A stretch of DNA of 64,000 nt, from NCBI GenBank assembly GCA_023379055.1, contig JAMCSX010000009.1:10625-74624 (forward strand), given 5' to 3'. Below are positions 54,488-64,000 of this stretch, in pieces. The number at the start of each line of letters is the position of its first letter. Within the stretch, counting starts at the first letter, position 1. This DNA is from Candidatus Marsarchaeota archaeon (GTDB lineage Archaea; Micrarchaeota; Micrarchaeia; Micrarchaeales; CABMGC01). Both the position numbers and the translations under genes were made by a program. Under the pieces are notes generated by a model. The model ran no database searches. It had not been told where the DNA came from and saw only the letters and a program-made list of their open reading frames with translations.

Positions 54488-56824
54488 GTGTTTTCAGTGG
54501 AATTGGAGGGCCAAGGCCAGATATCGTCGAATTCAGATCAGCATTCCAGCCATTCCCACGTGCAGGAGGATCCCCGTTCGCATGTAATGCACCGCGTCCA
54601 CAGCGTGTTTGGAGGAAGAGGGGACCAACCAATATACAAGAATACTTATGTAAAGGTATTTGCAGCATACCTGATAATAGCACTTGTAATGTACTGGACA
54701 GTTACGCTTAACATTACAACACGGGTAGTAAACGGATTTGGCGATGTACACCAGAGCCTCTTCAATCTCTGGTGGGTGCCGTATTCCATGTTCGTTCTGC
54801 ACCAATCCCCGTATTTTACATCGCTTTTATACTATCCCATAGGCGCGAACCTCGCAACGCAGACGCTAAGCCCCATAGCAGCAATACTGATAACCCCGAT
54901 ATACGACCTTAGCCCCGCACTAGGATACAATGTGCTCTTCTTTGCAGGATTCGCACTGTCCGGGCTGTTCATGTTCCTGCTTGCAAAGTACCTCACAAAA
55001 AACAATTATGCATCATTCATAGCCGGACTCATATTCGCATTTAGTCCGGCGCACATAGCGCAGGCTATCGCGCATCTTGATTGGACAATGGTAGAGTTCA
55101 TACCGGCATTTATACTACTGTACCTGCTTGCGCTTAGGGAGAAGAATCTCAAGTATGCTGCGCTTGCCGCCCTGAGCTTTGTGCTTCTGACATTCATGGG
55201 GGACATAGAGCAGGGACTGATGACCTTCTTTGCCGCAATAATACTTACCATACTTCTTGTCATAACCGAGAGAAAGGAGATGCTTAAGATTAGCACACTC
55301 AAGTCGCTTGCAGTCATTATTGTATTGGTGTTGCTTTTCGCTTCTCCGATAATCGCAATGCTTCTCCCTTACGTCAACTCAGGCGCATTTGCTGCTGCAC
55401 AGCAGAACTCTTTTGTGACCAGCAATATGGAATGGAGTGACAACCTCCTGTCATTCTTCCTACCAAGCCATTATAACGGAATATTCCAGGGACTTGCAAG
55501 CTCATATTCTTATATCTATCAGCTTACCTATAAGGGCATACAATACAACATAAACGTCGGAGAGAGGGTATCCTACCTGGGATATTCCGTACTGTTCCTT
55601 GCAGCAGTAGGAGTATATTTTGACTACAAGAACAACAGATTAAGAAATCTTGCCATATGGCTTGCAATCTTCATAATATTCGCCTGGCTTGCAATAGGAC
55701 CGTATCTGCAGATAGGCAATACAGTGACAGGCATTCCTGGGATATACGTGCTATATCGGTCAGTGCCGCTACTGAATATAATCCGCGAACCAGGAAGGAT
55801 GGACTTCATAGCCACGATCGCACTTGCAATCATGGCCGCATTCGGATTTGCACATCTGATACAGAAGAAGGACAGGAAGACGGCATACAAATATCTTGCG
55901 GTGTTCACACTTATCATATTAATAGAATATAATGGCATGCCCCTTACCAATCCGTATATAAGCAATTCGACCACGTCTGCAGCGGTGCCAAAGGCGTACA
56001 ACGAGATAGGCGCGATTCCAGGCAACTTTTCGGTGCTCATACTTCCTGCATTATCCAATCCGTCATCCACGCCAAACCAATTCACTGGCACTGCAACGTA
56101 TTATGCATCCATCCTCAAGAAGCCCATAATAGGCGGATATACCAGCAGGGAGAACGCCACCCAGTCACTTGCAGTAACATCAGTACCCCTTACGTTATCC
56201 GCATTGTACCTAGAAAGCGGATACGGTCTCGTGTATCCATCGCCCATTCTTGAGAACTACAGCAATGTTACTCTTCTCTGGCTTGCAAACTATAACACCA
56301 GGTTCATATCGGTAATTAGGCCAGCATACAACACTACTGAGCAGGAGCAGCTTCTATCGTATCTTGCCAGCGTATTCGGGCAGCCAGCATATATGAGCAA
56401 TACAACTGCGGTATTCTCGACACAGCAGGCGCTTTCGGCAAACGCAGGCAGATCACTGGTGTCATATACTATAGGGAACTGGACCCCAGGATACGATTTC
56501 TGCAGCCCTTATGCACCATGCAACAGCACACTTTCTGAATTGTGGTTTGGCAATAATCCAAGGGGCATAATGTTATACTCGCCTGCAGACCAGAACATAG
56601 TAATGTCGATGTCCACATTCAGCTTCTCAAGCAACACACCGCTTTCGGTGTATCTGAACAATAATCCTGCGGCCGTGCTGTCACTTGGGCCTAACAGCAC
56701 CACCTACTCAATAAACATGACTGTACCAAGCGGATTTAGCCAGATTCTTTTGTACTCGAAGCAGGCCGCGCAGACCCAGTATCTCGACTTCGGCGTAAAG
56801 AACATAACATTCACAAGAAAGTGA
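54488..56824 (+). CDS. Large polytopic membrane protein with C-terminal extracellular domain; putative GT-C-type glycosyltransferase
   Basis: About 13 TM helices followed by a sequon-rich soluble domain, in a glycan gene cluster. No WWDYG motif seen. The start is uncertain (GTG 54488 or ATG 54587). Confidence 0.45.
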   Translation: MFSVELEGQGQISSNSDQHSSHSHVQEDPRSHVMHRVHSVFGGRGDQPIYKNTYVKVFAAYLIIALVMYWTVTLNITTRVVNGFGDVHQSLFNLWWVPYSMFVLHQSPYFTSLLYYPIGANLATQTLSPIAAILITPIYDLSPALGYNVLFFAGFALSGLFMFLLAKYLTKNNYASFIAGLIFAFSPAHIAQAIAHLDWTMVEFIPAFILLYLLALREKNLKYAALAALSFVLLTFMGDIEQGLMTFFAAIILTILLVITERKEMLKISTLKSLAVIIVLVLLFASPIIAMLLPYVNSGAFAAAQQNSFVTSNMEWSDNLLSFFLPSHYNGIFQGLASSYSYIYQLTYKGIQYNINVGERVSYLGYSVLFLAAVGVYFDYKNNRLRNLAIWLAIFIIFAWLAIGPYLQIGNTVTGIPGIYVLYRSVPLLNIIREPGRMDFIATIALAIMAAFGFAHLIQKKDRKTAYKYLAVFTLIILIEYNGMPLTNPYISNSTTSAAVPKAYNEIGAIPGNFSVLILPALSNPSSTPNQFTGTATYYASILKKPIIGGYTSRENATQSLAVTSVPLTLSALYLESGYGLVYPSPILENYSNVTLLWLANYNTRFISVIRPAYNTTEQEQLLSYLASVFGQPAYMSNTTAVFSTQQALSANAGRSLVSYTIGNWTPGYDFCSPYAPCNSTLSELWFGNNPRGIMLYSPADQNIVMSMSTFSFSSNTPLSVYLNNNPAAVLSLGPNSTTYSINMTVPSGFSQILLYSKQAAQTQYLDFGVKNITFTRK

Positions 56825-56878
56825 CACCTTTCATCAACTGAAGGTTGAGGGCTTCCAAGAGTGTTTTTGATTGGTCAT
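56821..56878 (+). repeat. Copy D of the conserved hairpin + GGCTTCC..TTTTTGATTG element
   Basis: gtgacacctttcaTCAACtgaagGTTGAgggcttccaagagtgtttttgattggtcat. Its GTGAC overlaps the upstream stop codon. Confidence 0.85.
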
Positions 56879-57103
56879 CATAAAAAACATGCGTATTTAG
56901 TTAAATTTCCAACTACTGCAATAAGAGAATCTTGGTGAAAAATAGCCTCCGGCGACAAAGTCCGACGAGCTAGGCAAATAAAAAAACAGGTTCTGTCAAA
57001 AAAAGCACCAACTGCAAAAAATGCTTGCAGAGAAGATTTAAATACATATTACGGTGCAGATATAATTGCGACCAATTTATGACGATTGGGATGGGATGAA
57101 AAA

Positions 57104-57340
57104 ATGGGTATAGATGAATTAGAGGTAGGTGCAACCTACGATCTTAGAATTGCGGCTAAAGATCCGCGCGGAGAAGGAATAGGCAGAATAAACGATGTTG
57201 TAGTCTTTGTGAAGAACACAAAATCAAGGCTGGGTAAGACTTACAGAGTAAGAATAACGAATATGCACAAGACCTTTGCATATGCAGAGCCGATAGATAA
57301 TAGCAAGCCTTTTATAGGTAATGGTAGTTTAATATTGTGA
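57104..57340 (+). CDS. TRAM-domain RNA-binding protein
   Basis: YDLRIAAKDPRGEGIGRINDVVVFVKNTKSRLGKTYRVRITNMHKTFAYAEPI. Confidence 0.7.
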   Translation: MGIDELEVGATYDLRIAAKDPRGEGIGRINDVVVFVKNTKSRLGKTYRVRITNMHKTFAYAEPIDNSKPFIGNGSLIL

Positions 57341-57396
57341 AACAATCGATATCAGTGCAGTAATTTTTCGATTTGGTTTTTCTTCTAATCGGTGTA

Positions 57397-58035
57397 ATGA
57401 TGGTTGATAGAGAGTTCTACGAAGCTGTAAAGAAAGGTACAACTACGGTCGGGCTTATATGCAGCGACGGGGTAGTCATGGGATCTGACTCGAGGGCTAC
57501 AATGGATACCTTCATAGCTAGTTCCGAAGCTGTGAAAATACACAGAATAAACGAAGTGCTTGGCATGACAATAGCAGGCGGCGTAGGGGATGCCGAATAC
57601 TTGGTAAAGCTGCTGAAGATGCAGGACGAGACATATACTATGGAGGAAGGAAAGCCCTTGAATCCGACATCTGCAACATCACTTCTGTCGCTGATACTTC
57701 AGGAAAACAAGGGATTTCCCTTCCTTGTGCAGCTTCTTATAGGCGGATTGAAAAAGGGAAATCCAGAGATATTCAACATAGATCCCCTGGGCGGATACAC
57801 AAAGGAATCGAAGTTCACAGCCACAGGAAGCGGCTCACTTACTGCACTTGGATACATAGAAGGTATATATGACGACGGCCTTACGACACAGGAATCGCTG
57901 AAGCACGTTGCAAAGGCGCTAAAAATAGCGATGAAGAGGGATTCTGCAACAGGGGACAGCACAAGGATAGTTTCGATAACAAAGAAAGGGTATAGGGAGT
58001 TGTCAAGGGATGAGATAGATAAGCTCCTTAAATAA
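57397..58035 (+). CDS. psmB: Proteasome subunit beta
   Basis: Propeptide then G/TTTVGLICSDGVVMGSDSRAT catalytic Thr. Confidence 0.9.
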   Translation: MMVDREFYEAVKKGTTTVGLICSDGVVMGSDSRATMDTFIASSEAVKIHRINEVLGMTIAGGVGDAEYLVKLLKMQDETYTMEEGKPLNPTSATSLLSLILQENKGFPFLVQLLIGGLKKGNPEIFNIDPLGGYTKESKFTATGSGSLTALGYIEGIYDDGLTTQESLKHVAKALKIAMKRDSATGDSTRIVSITKKGYRELSRDEIDKLLK

Positions 58036-58097
58036 GTCGCTTAGATTAGGTTCTGGAAATTGGTTCGGTTGATTCACATTGCGTATTTTGTGATGTA

Positions 58098-60038
58098 GTG
58101 AGTGAAGAAGAGTATAACAAAGATATACTGGATAAGGTAAAAGCACTAATACCTAGTGATGCCGGGTCTGTCGAGGTTGAGTTCGAAGGTCCTGACGTTG
58201 CGGTATACGTTGAGAACATACCAGCATTGTATAAGAACGATGATGTGATACGCGGCATATCCGCTTCGGTAAAGAAGAGGCTCATAATAAGAAGCATGCC
58301 CAACAAGCTTATGGATCCAGCGCAAGCTGTAGAGAAGATAAGATCGCTGGTGCCTGCAGATGCAGGTGTGCAGCCTGAAGGCATAAAGTTTGTGCCAGAA
58401 TTTTCTGAGGTATATATAGAGGCATTAAAGCCCGGGCTTGTGATAGGGAAGGGGGGCTCAACACTGATGCAGATAATAATGGAGACTAGCTGGGTACCGA
58501 GAGTCCTTAGGCAGCCGACCATGAATAGCGATGTCATAAAAGGCGTCAGGCAGTTAATGTTCAAGGAAAGCCAATTCAGGAAGAAATTTCTGGGAGGGTT
58601 AGGCAAGAAGATAAATCACATGGGCACGAAGAGCGAGTGGGTAAAGGCAACAGCACTTGGTGGATTCAAGGAGGTTGGGCGGAGCAGTCTGCTCATAGAG
58701 ACAAACAGGTCAAAGATATTGATAGACTGCGGGATAATGCCTGAGCCAGGCATAAGGGGATCTGATGCAAACCAGAGCGGAGAGAACAAGGCATATCCCT
58801 ATCTTGACAGCATGAATGTGACGATAAACGATCTGGACGCCGTGATACTTACGCATGCACACATGGATCATATGGGATTCATACCCTACCTGTACAAATT
58901 CGGATACACCGGCCCAGTATACTGCACGCCTCCGTCAAGGGATCTCGCAGCGCTTCTGCTTTATGATTACATAAGGCTTGTGGCAAAGAGCGGAGGGACT
59001 CCGCTGTACGGCGAGAAGGACGTAAAGAATATGCTTATGCATACGGTTACCAGGGATTACGGCGAGGTGACTAACGTGACTGACGAGATAAAGCTAACAT
59101 ACCATAATGCAGGGCATATACTCGGAAGCGGCACAGTGCACCTGCACATAGGTGAGGGAATGTACAACATTGTGAGCACAGGAGACATGAAATATGGATT
59201 CACAAGGCTACTGAATGAGGCGGATACCAGGTATCCGCGGGTAGATGCCCTTTTCATAGAATCAACGTACGGCGGCCCCAGCGACATAACGACAAATAGA
59301 AAACAGGCGGAGCTTGACCTCATGAACGCAATAAGCAGCACAGTAAAGAATGGTGGAAAAGTACTGATACCGCTGTTTGCCGTAGGCAGAAGCCAGGAAC
59401 TGATGCTTGTCCTTGAAAACTATATGATGAGCAACCCAATGTACAAACTTGAGTGTCCAGTGTACCTTGACGGAATGATACTTGAGGCGAGCGCAATTCA
59501 TACTGCATACCCAGAGTATCTTAAGATAGGGCTGCAGCAGAGGATACTCGGCAATAATTCACCGTTCGAGAGCGAGATCTTCGAAGTTGCAAAGGGCGAA
59601 CGGGGAGACATACTCGACAAGGGACCTTCAATAATACTTGCAAGTGGAGGCATGCTCAACGGAGGCGCAAGCCTTGAATATTTCAAGGTAATGGCTGAGG
59701 ATCCAAAAAACATGTTAATATTTGTAGGATACAACAGCGTAAGCTCTCTTGGGAGGAGAATACAGAACAAGGCCAGCGAGATAGCGCTTCCTGGAGAGGA
59801 TGGGAAGCTTAGCCAGATAAGGATAAATTCCCAGATACGAACCATAGAGGGATTCTCCGGCCACAGCGACAGGCGACAGTTGATAGATTTTGTAAGAAGC
59901 CTGAGACCGTCTCCGAGGAAGATATTTACTATGCATGGCGAAGAGTCTAAATGCGAGGACCTATCCAGGACACTGGGCAACATAATGCATGCAGAGTCAA
60001 GGTCCCCAATGGATCTTGACACAATAAGATTCAAGTAG
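58098..60038 (+). CDS. aCPSF1/FttA: KH-domain beta-CASP metallo-beta-lactamase ribonuclease
   Basis: N-terminal KH repeats (GLVIGKGGSTL), HAHMDHMG, 646 aa. GTG start. Confidence 0.9.
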   Translation: MSEEEYNKDILDKVKALIPSDAGSVEVEFEGPDVAVYVENIPALYKNDDVIRGISASVKKRLIIRSMPNKLMDPAQAVEKIRSLVPADAGVQPEGIKFVPEFSEVYIEALKPGLVIGKGGSTLMQIIMETSWVPRVLRQPTMNSDVIKGVRQLMFKESQFRKKFLGGLGKKINHMGTKSEWVKATALGGFKEVGRSSLLIETNRSKILIDCGIMPEPGIRGSDANQSGENKAYPYLDSMNVTINDLDAVILTHAHMDHMGFIPYLYKFGYTGPVYCTPPSRDLAALLLYDYIRLVAKSGGTPLYGEKDVKNMLMHTVTRDYGEVTNVTDEIKLTYHNAGHILGSGTVHLHIGEGMYNIVSTGDMKYGFTRLLNEADTRYPRVDALFIESTYGGPSDITTNRKQAELDLMNAISSTVKNGGKVLIPLFAVGRSQELMLVLENYMMSNPMYKLECPVYLDGMILEASAIHTAYPEYLKIGLQQRILGNNSPFESEIFEVAKGERGDILDKGPSIILASGGMLNGGASLEYFKVMAEDPKNMLIFVGYNSVSSLGRRIQNKASEIALPGEDGKLSQIRINSQIRTIEGFSGHSDRRQLIDFVRSLRPSPRKIFTMHGEESKCEDLSRTLGNIMHAESRSPMDLDTIRFK

Positions 60039-60126
60039 CAAACGCACTTATTTAGGGATACTACACGCCTGAAATAATACTCAAAAAGCATATATATAAC
60101 CGAATCGCATAAATAAATCGCATTTT

Positions 60127-60753
60127 ATGTCACATAGAGCTAAAACCAACAGGATTATGAAGGCTGTTGCCGAAATCGGATTAGTCGCAGGGATTAGTAT
60201 TATTCCTATAGCGCCAGTGCAGCAAAGCAATACGGCATATGTTAAAACCCTAAAGAGAGCAGATAGCATAGTAATGACAAGCCAACATCAGACTAAAATT
60301 ACCGATACAAATCAACCACCCCAAGGGGGTGGGGCATATCCTGTCCGTAATAAAATTCTTACCCTGACCAAAGATAATCCACAAATCATCGCAAGCCACA
60401 CAACTCCAACAACTAAGCAGGACAGTACGACAAGCACTCCGACACAAACAACAGCAAGTAATAATCCTAAAAAAACGTCTTCAAACAATACAAATATAGT
60501 TGCAGTTATAGTAAAGGCACAGCAAGAGATAAAAGTACTTGAGAATGATCTGAAGAGCATAGATGCAAATCTGCCAAAGGCACAGAATTCCTTGAATCAG
60601 ATTCCAGAAACAGAGAATCATGTTATTAGCGATGTGAAGCTCATAGGCGCAATGGTAAGCGGAATAGTGGTTCTCGGATACGGGATCCTGGTGTTTTTCA
60701 TTAGCAGACTTAGGAAAGAAAACAAACGGCTTAGAGAAGCGCTGAAGGAATGA
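60127..60753 (+). CDS. Membrane-anchored Thr-rich protein, unknown function
   Basis: N-terminal hydrophobic segment, TT/ST-rich linker, coiled-coil stretch and C-terminal TM helix. Confidence 0.45.
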   Translation: MSHRAKTNRIMKAVAEIGLVAGISIIPIAPVQQSNTAYVKTLKRADSIVMTSQHQTKITDTNQPPQGGGAYPVRNKILTLTKDNPQIIASHTTPTTKQDSTTSTPTQTTASNNPKKTSSNNTNIVAVIVKAQQEIKVLENDLKSIDANLPKAQNSLNQIPETENHVISDVKLIGAMVSGIVVLGYGILVFFISRLRKENKRLREALKE

Positions 60754-60807
60754 ATATCAGACGCAGATACCAGCATTATAAAACCTTTTTACGCTATTAT
60801 ATGCGCT

Positions 60808-60879
60808 GCTCTGGTCGTCTAGTGGTTAGGATGGAAGCCTGTCACGTTTCCGACCCGGGTCCGAATCCCGGCCAGGGCG
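60808..60879 (+). tRNA. tRNA-Asp (anticodon GTC)
   Basis: GCTCTGG/CCAGGGC acceptor, anticodon arm GAAGC-CTGTCAC-GTTTC, T arm CCGGG-TCCGAAT-CCCGG, discriminator G. Confidence 0.85.
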
Positions 60880-60994
60880 TTTTATGTTTAGAGCTTGAAT
60901 GATAATGATTGCTAATATTCGAAGGTGTTGCATTAAAACCTAATGCCATAAGACCCTTCTGGAAAACCATTCTGGATTTGGTGGATAACTCGTA

Positions 60995-61294
60995 ATGCAA
61001 CTGACGCAAAAAATAAGGATTTTTCCGAATAAGGGACAGAAAACACTACCATGGATACTTTCGAAAAAGTGCAGACTCATCTACAACTTTGCTTTATCGG
61101 AAAGACGGGAAGCGTATTCAAACGGAACTAAAGGCATAACCTATTACAAACAGCAGAAGGACCTTCCGAAAATAAAGGAAAAGTATCCAGAATATATTTG
61201 GGTATATTCACATACATTGCAATATACTCTCCGAATACTCAATGCAAAATACTCCCTAACGAGGTTGGGGAAACCCTTAGGTATTAACTTTTGA
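60995..61294 (+). pseudogene. IS200/IS605-family TnpB (OrfB) N-terminal remnant
   Basis: MQLTQKIRIFPNKGQKTLPWILSKKCRLIYNFALSERREAY..YYKQQKDLPKIKEKYPEY..VYSHTLQYTLRILN matches the usual TnpB N-terminus. Only 99 aa remain, against the much longer length I recall as typical for TnpB. Confidence 0.65.
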
Positions 61295-61349
61295 CAAGAT
61301 CAGCGGGCGAGCTTGGGTTCTAAGACAAGAAGTCGAATTTTGAATAGTT

Positions 61350-61459
61350 TCCCGTTGGGGAGATTCGAACTCCCAACCTGCCGGTATCTACTCCTTCAGC
61401 ACTTTGCTGGGAAGCAATCGAACTACAGCCGGCCGCTCTAGCCATTGAGCTACAACGGG
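61350..61459 (-). tRNA. tRNA-Tyr (anticodon GTA) with 37-nt intron at 37/38
   Basis: CCCGTTG/CAACGGG acceptor (archaeal C1-G72). Anticodon arm GCCGG-CTGTAG[intron 61422-61386]A-CCGGC. T arm GGGAG-TTCGAAT-CTCCC. Confidence 0.85.
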
Positions 61460-61520
61460 TCGATACATACTGCAACGATAAGGATTATAATATAACAACT
61501 ATTTATATATGTGGAGGATT

Positions 61521-64000
61521 ATGCCGAGGTTGCGCCAGTCTAAAAAACGTGAGGTTGGGAGAGAGGATTTAGATGTGTCCTTCAAGAGTCCTGTAGAGGA
61601 GATATCGGAAAGGTATAGGTACTCCTATGTCCCGCTCTCATTCTACTGGCTCAAGGATATAGTACGCGGGTTCCTGAGCCACAAAAACTTCCCAGATGCA
61701 CTTGCAATAGCATTCGCAACGTTCAGCGTATCCATAGCGTTCCCGTTTTTCCCACAGATAATACTGATTCCGTTAATACTGCTAACGTTTGTGATAACCA
61801 TGCTATCGCCATTAACAGGGCTTATGGCGATGCTCTTCGAAACGCTTCCGATGTTTATATACCAGGCACCCCTTCTTGCATGGATACTTACGCTATTCGT
61901 TAGCATATCCCTGTTTGTTGGACACAAGCATTATCGAACTGTCACATTCATATATGCACTCATCATGCTTCCACTTTCGTATCTGGGATATTTTCTTGAG
62001 GTGCCTGCATTCATAATAGGCATACTGTTTATAGGCTTCAGAAGAGCTGTTGTATCCACAGTAATAGTAATATTTCTTGTTGCAATGCTATCAGGGATGA
62101 CAGGCATACAGAATACTGCACCATTCGTGTACAATGCAGCATCATTGCATGGCTCACTGACGTCGTCCACACTGGTGGTCCCATCAATGCCACTCCCAAC
62201 CTTTAGCCAGTTCCCTGCTGCATTCTCCGAAGCCCTGACAAGGTTCTTCAGCTTCAAAGTCACAACACAGATATTTAGCGGCTTCTGGATGGCCATACTA
62301 TCGATGACACATGACATAGCATTTACCGCAATACAGATGGTTGCTTGGCTTCTTGTCATATTTGCCATAACCAACTTTGTAATAAAAAGCAGGTCAGGTT
62401 ATAAGGGAACTGAATCAAGCGTATTCTCTTTCATTATGTTGGCAGTATACGTGTCCCTTTCATTCTATACTGGCGTTGCACCGAGCAACACTATCATATT
62501 CAGCTTCCTTTTCACTCCATTAATAATATTCTTCCTGGAGTCAAATAATATAGAAGTTGTCAGGGCGCTTGATGTAATGAAGCAGGACTTCCTTGGAAAA
62601 TTTGGAGAGGCATTTCAGGATCTTACCAGCGGTACAAAGGAGACTCTGAAGGATGTTGCAAATTACGACGAGACAAAGAAAGAGCTGCGCGAGTCAATAC
62701 TTGCCCCGATAGAGCATAGGGAGATATCTGGGGCATATAATGTCAAGCCTGCAAAAGGCATACTATTATTCGGACCTCCAGGAACAGGAAAGACACTCAT
62801 GATGCGTGCACTTGCCAATGAGATACGTGCAAAAGTCTTCTATGTGAAGACGTCGTCCATACTATCCCCTCTGCAGGGCGAGAGTGCACAAACACTATCA
62901 AGAATTTTTACAACTGTTCGCAAGAGTACTCCGGCCATCCTGTTCTTCGACGAGATAGACGGCATCTCTCCGAAGCGTGGAGTCCAGGGGGGAGATTCTG
63001 CGAGACAACTGCTCTCAACGCTGCTCAGCGAAATAGACGGTTTCCAGAAGCTCGAGGGCGTTGTGATAGTGGGTTCAACAAACGTCCCGCAGCTTATAGA
63101 TGAGAGCCTGCTTAGGCCTGGAAGGTTCGACAAGATAATTTATATGTCCCTTCCAAGCAGGCAAGGGCGTGCCAAGATATTTGATTATTATCTCTCCAAG
63201 CTACCTGTGGGCAACGACATAAATTATTCGAAGCTTGCTGAACTTACAGAAAGGTACAGCGGCGCAGATATAAAAAGCATGTGCGATGAGGTTGCAAGAG
63301 AGGTCGCAGAAGAGGCCGTTGTAAGGCATACGGTGCTGCAGATCTCCATGTCAGATTTTGTAAAGGTAATAAAGTCTACTAAGCCATCAACATCGCTTGC
63401 AAGCATAGATAGATACGAGCAGTTCAAGCTTGACTACGAGAGAAGGACCCATCCTGAGCTAGTCGTAAAGAAGGAGGGCAGCATCAGAATAAGCGATGTG
63501 GTCGGACTTGAGGATGCAAAAAAGGCCCTGTATGAGGCGGTAGAGATACCGATCCTTCATCCACATCTCATAAAGAAGTACGACGTGCAGAACATAAAGG
63601 GTATACTTATGTTTGGACCTCCAGGGGTAGGAAAAACGATGCTTATGAGGGCGGTTTCAAATGAACTTGAGGGGGTGGCCTTGATAATAGTGTCTGGCGC
63701 AGAGCTTGCAAGGAATGGCGCAGAAGAGTCACTTGCTGCGATAAAGGACACATTTAACAGGGCAATGGAGAATGCACCGAGCATACTATTTATAGACGAG
63801 ATAGATTCACTGCTTATAAGCAGGTCTGACGCCACCGAAGCCTCAATCAAGATCACGAGCGAATTCCTGCAGGAGCTTGACGGCATCAAAACATTCGGCA
63901 GAGTTGTACTTGTAGGTGCAACAAACAGGCCAGACAAAATAGATTCTGCAGCACTCAGGCCGGGGAGAATAGACAGATTCATATTTGTGCCTCCCCCTGA
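61521..64000 (+). CDS. Membrane-anchored tandem AAA+ ATPase (CDC48-like D1-D2 fused to a polytopic N-terminal domain); 3' end runs off the window
   Basis: My translation from ATG 61521 (GGAGG 5 nt upstream) stays open to nt 64000. About 330 aa of TM helices, then GPPGTGKT..ILFFDEID and GPPGVGKT..ILFIDEID modules. Absent from the ORF track because there is no stop in the window. Confidence 0.8.
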   Translation, partial: MPRLRQSKKREVGREDLDVSFKSPVEEISERYRYSYVPLSFYWLKDIVRGFLSHKNFPDALAIAFATFSVSIAFPFFPQIILIPLILLTFVITMLSPLTGLMAMLFETLPMFIYQAPLLAWILTLFVSISLFVGHKHYRTVTFIYALIMLPLSYLGYFLEVPAFIIGILFIGFRRAVVSTVIVIFLVAMLSGMTGIQNTAPFVYNAASLHGSLTSSTLVVPSMPLPTFSQFPAAFSEALTRFFSFKVTTQIFSGFWMAILSMTHDIAFTAIQMVAWLLVIFAITNFVIKSRSGYKGTESSVFSFIMLAVYVSLSFYTGVAPSNTIIFSFLFTPLIIFFLESNNIEVVRALDVMKQDFLGKFGEAFQDLTSGTKETLKDVANYDETKKELRESILAPIEHREISGAYNVKPAKGILLFGPPGTGKTLMMRALANEIRAKVFYVKTSSILSPLQGESAQTLSRIFTTVRKSTPAILFFDEIDGISPKRGVQGGDSARQLLSTLLSEIDGFQKLEGVVIVGSTNVPQLIDESLLRPGRFDKIIYMSLPSRQGRAKIFDYYLSKLPVGNDINYSKLAELTERYSGADIKSMCDEVAREVAEEAVVRHTVLQISMSDFVKVIKSTKPSTSLASIDRYEQFKLDYERRTHPELVVKKEGSIRISDVVGLEDAKKALYEAVEIPILHPHLIKKYDVQNIKGILMFGPPGVGKTMLMRAVSNELEGVALIIVSGAELARNGAEESLAAIKDTFNRAMENAPSILFIDEIDSLLISRSDATEASIKITSEFLQELDGIKTFGRVVLVGATNRPDKIDSAALRPGRIDRFIFVPPP

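Noticed and set aside
37302-56878. The possibility that the repeated 58-nt elements form a CRISPR array or are C/D-box sRNAs.
   Set aside because: The copies are 1.5-15 kb apart, with genes between them, so they do not form an array. No RUGAUGA/CUGA box pairs occur at the required spacing. Only A and D contain a CTGA, and TGATTGA is a poor C box.
61643-62374. Two minus-strand track ORFs (94 and 147 aa).
   Set aside because: They are antisense to the N-terminal membrane domain of the long + strand AAA+ ORF, which the track omits only because it has no stop in the window.

Overview
This is an archaeal chromosomal segment. The evidence is intron-containing tRNAs spliced at 37/38, a class I CCA-adding enzyme, PriL, aCPSF1, proteasome beta, ftsZ-secE, an S13-S4-S11 block, and TATA boxes about 25-30 nt upstream of starts. 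Most of the window is housekeeping:
- a 10-gene nuo (complex I-like) operon;
- a ubiX-ubiD-ubiA-ubiE plus polyprenyl synthase quinone cluster;
- scpAB, tyrS, pyrG and ppa;
- a surface-glycan cluster (two GT2 genes, a flippase, and a large membrane protein).

The accessory part is a ~10 kb, visibly AT-richer island between tRNA-Phe (2772-2845) and an inward-facing tRNA-Ala (13083-13186). It carries one intact tyrosine integrase, a second integrase broken into two pieces, a ribbon-helix-helix-led block of small ORFans, membrane proteins, and a 993-aa secreted protein with seven repeat modules.

The most unusual signal is a conserved ~58-nt intergenic element: a hairpin followed by a GGCTTCC...TTTTTGATTG box. 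It has four strong and two degenerate copies, all on the + strand. One copy sits inside a decayed P-loop kinase pseudogene.

Other items:
- a membrane-anchored tandem AAA+ ATPase that is missing from the ORF track because it runs off the window;
- a TnpB remnant between tRNA-Asp and tRNA-Tyr;
- att-like tRNA 3'-end repeats;
- a tandem-HIT fusion.

I saw no CRISPR array and no rRNA. All functional calls rest on motif recognition by eye, not database searches.
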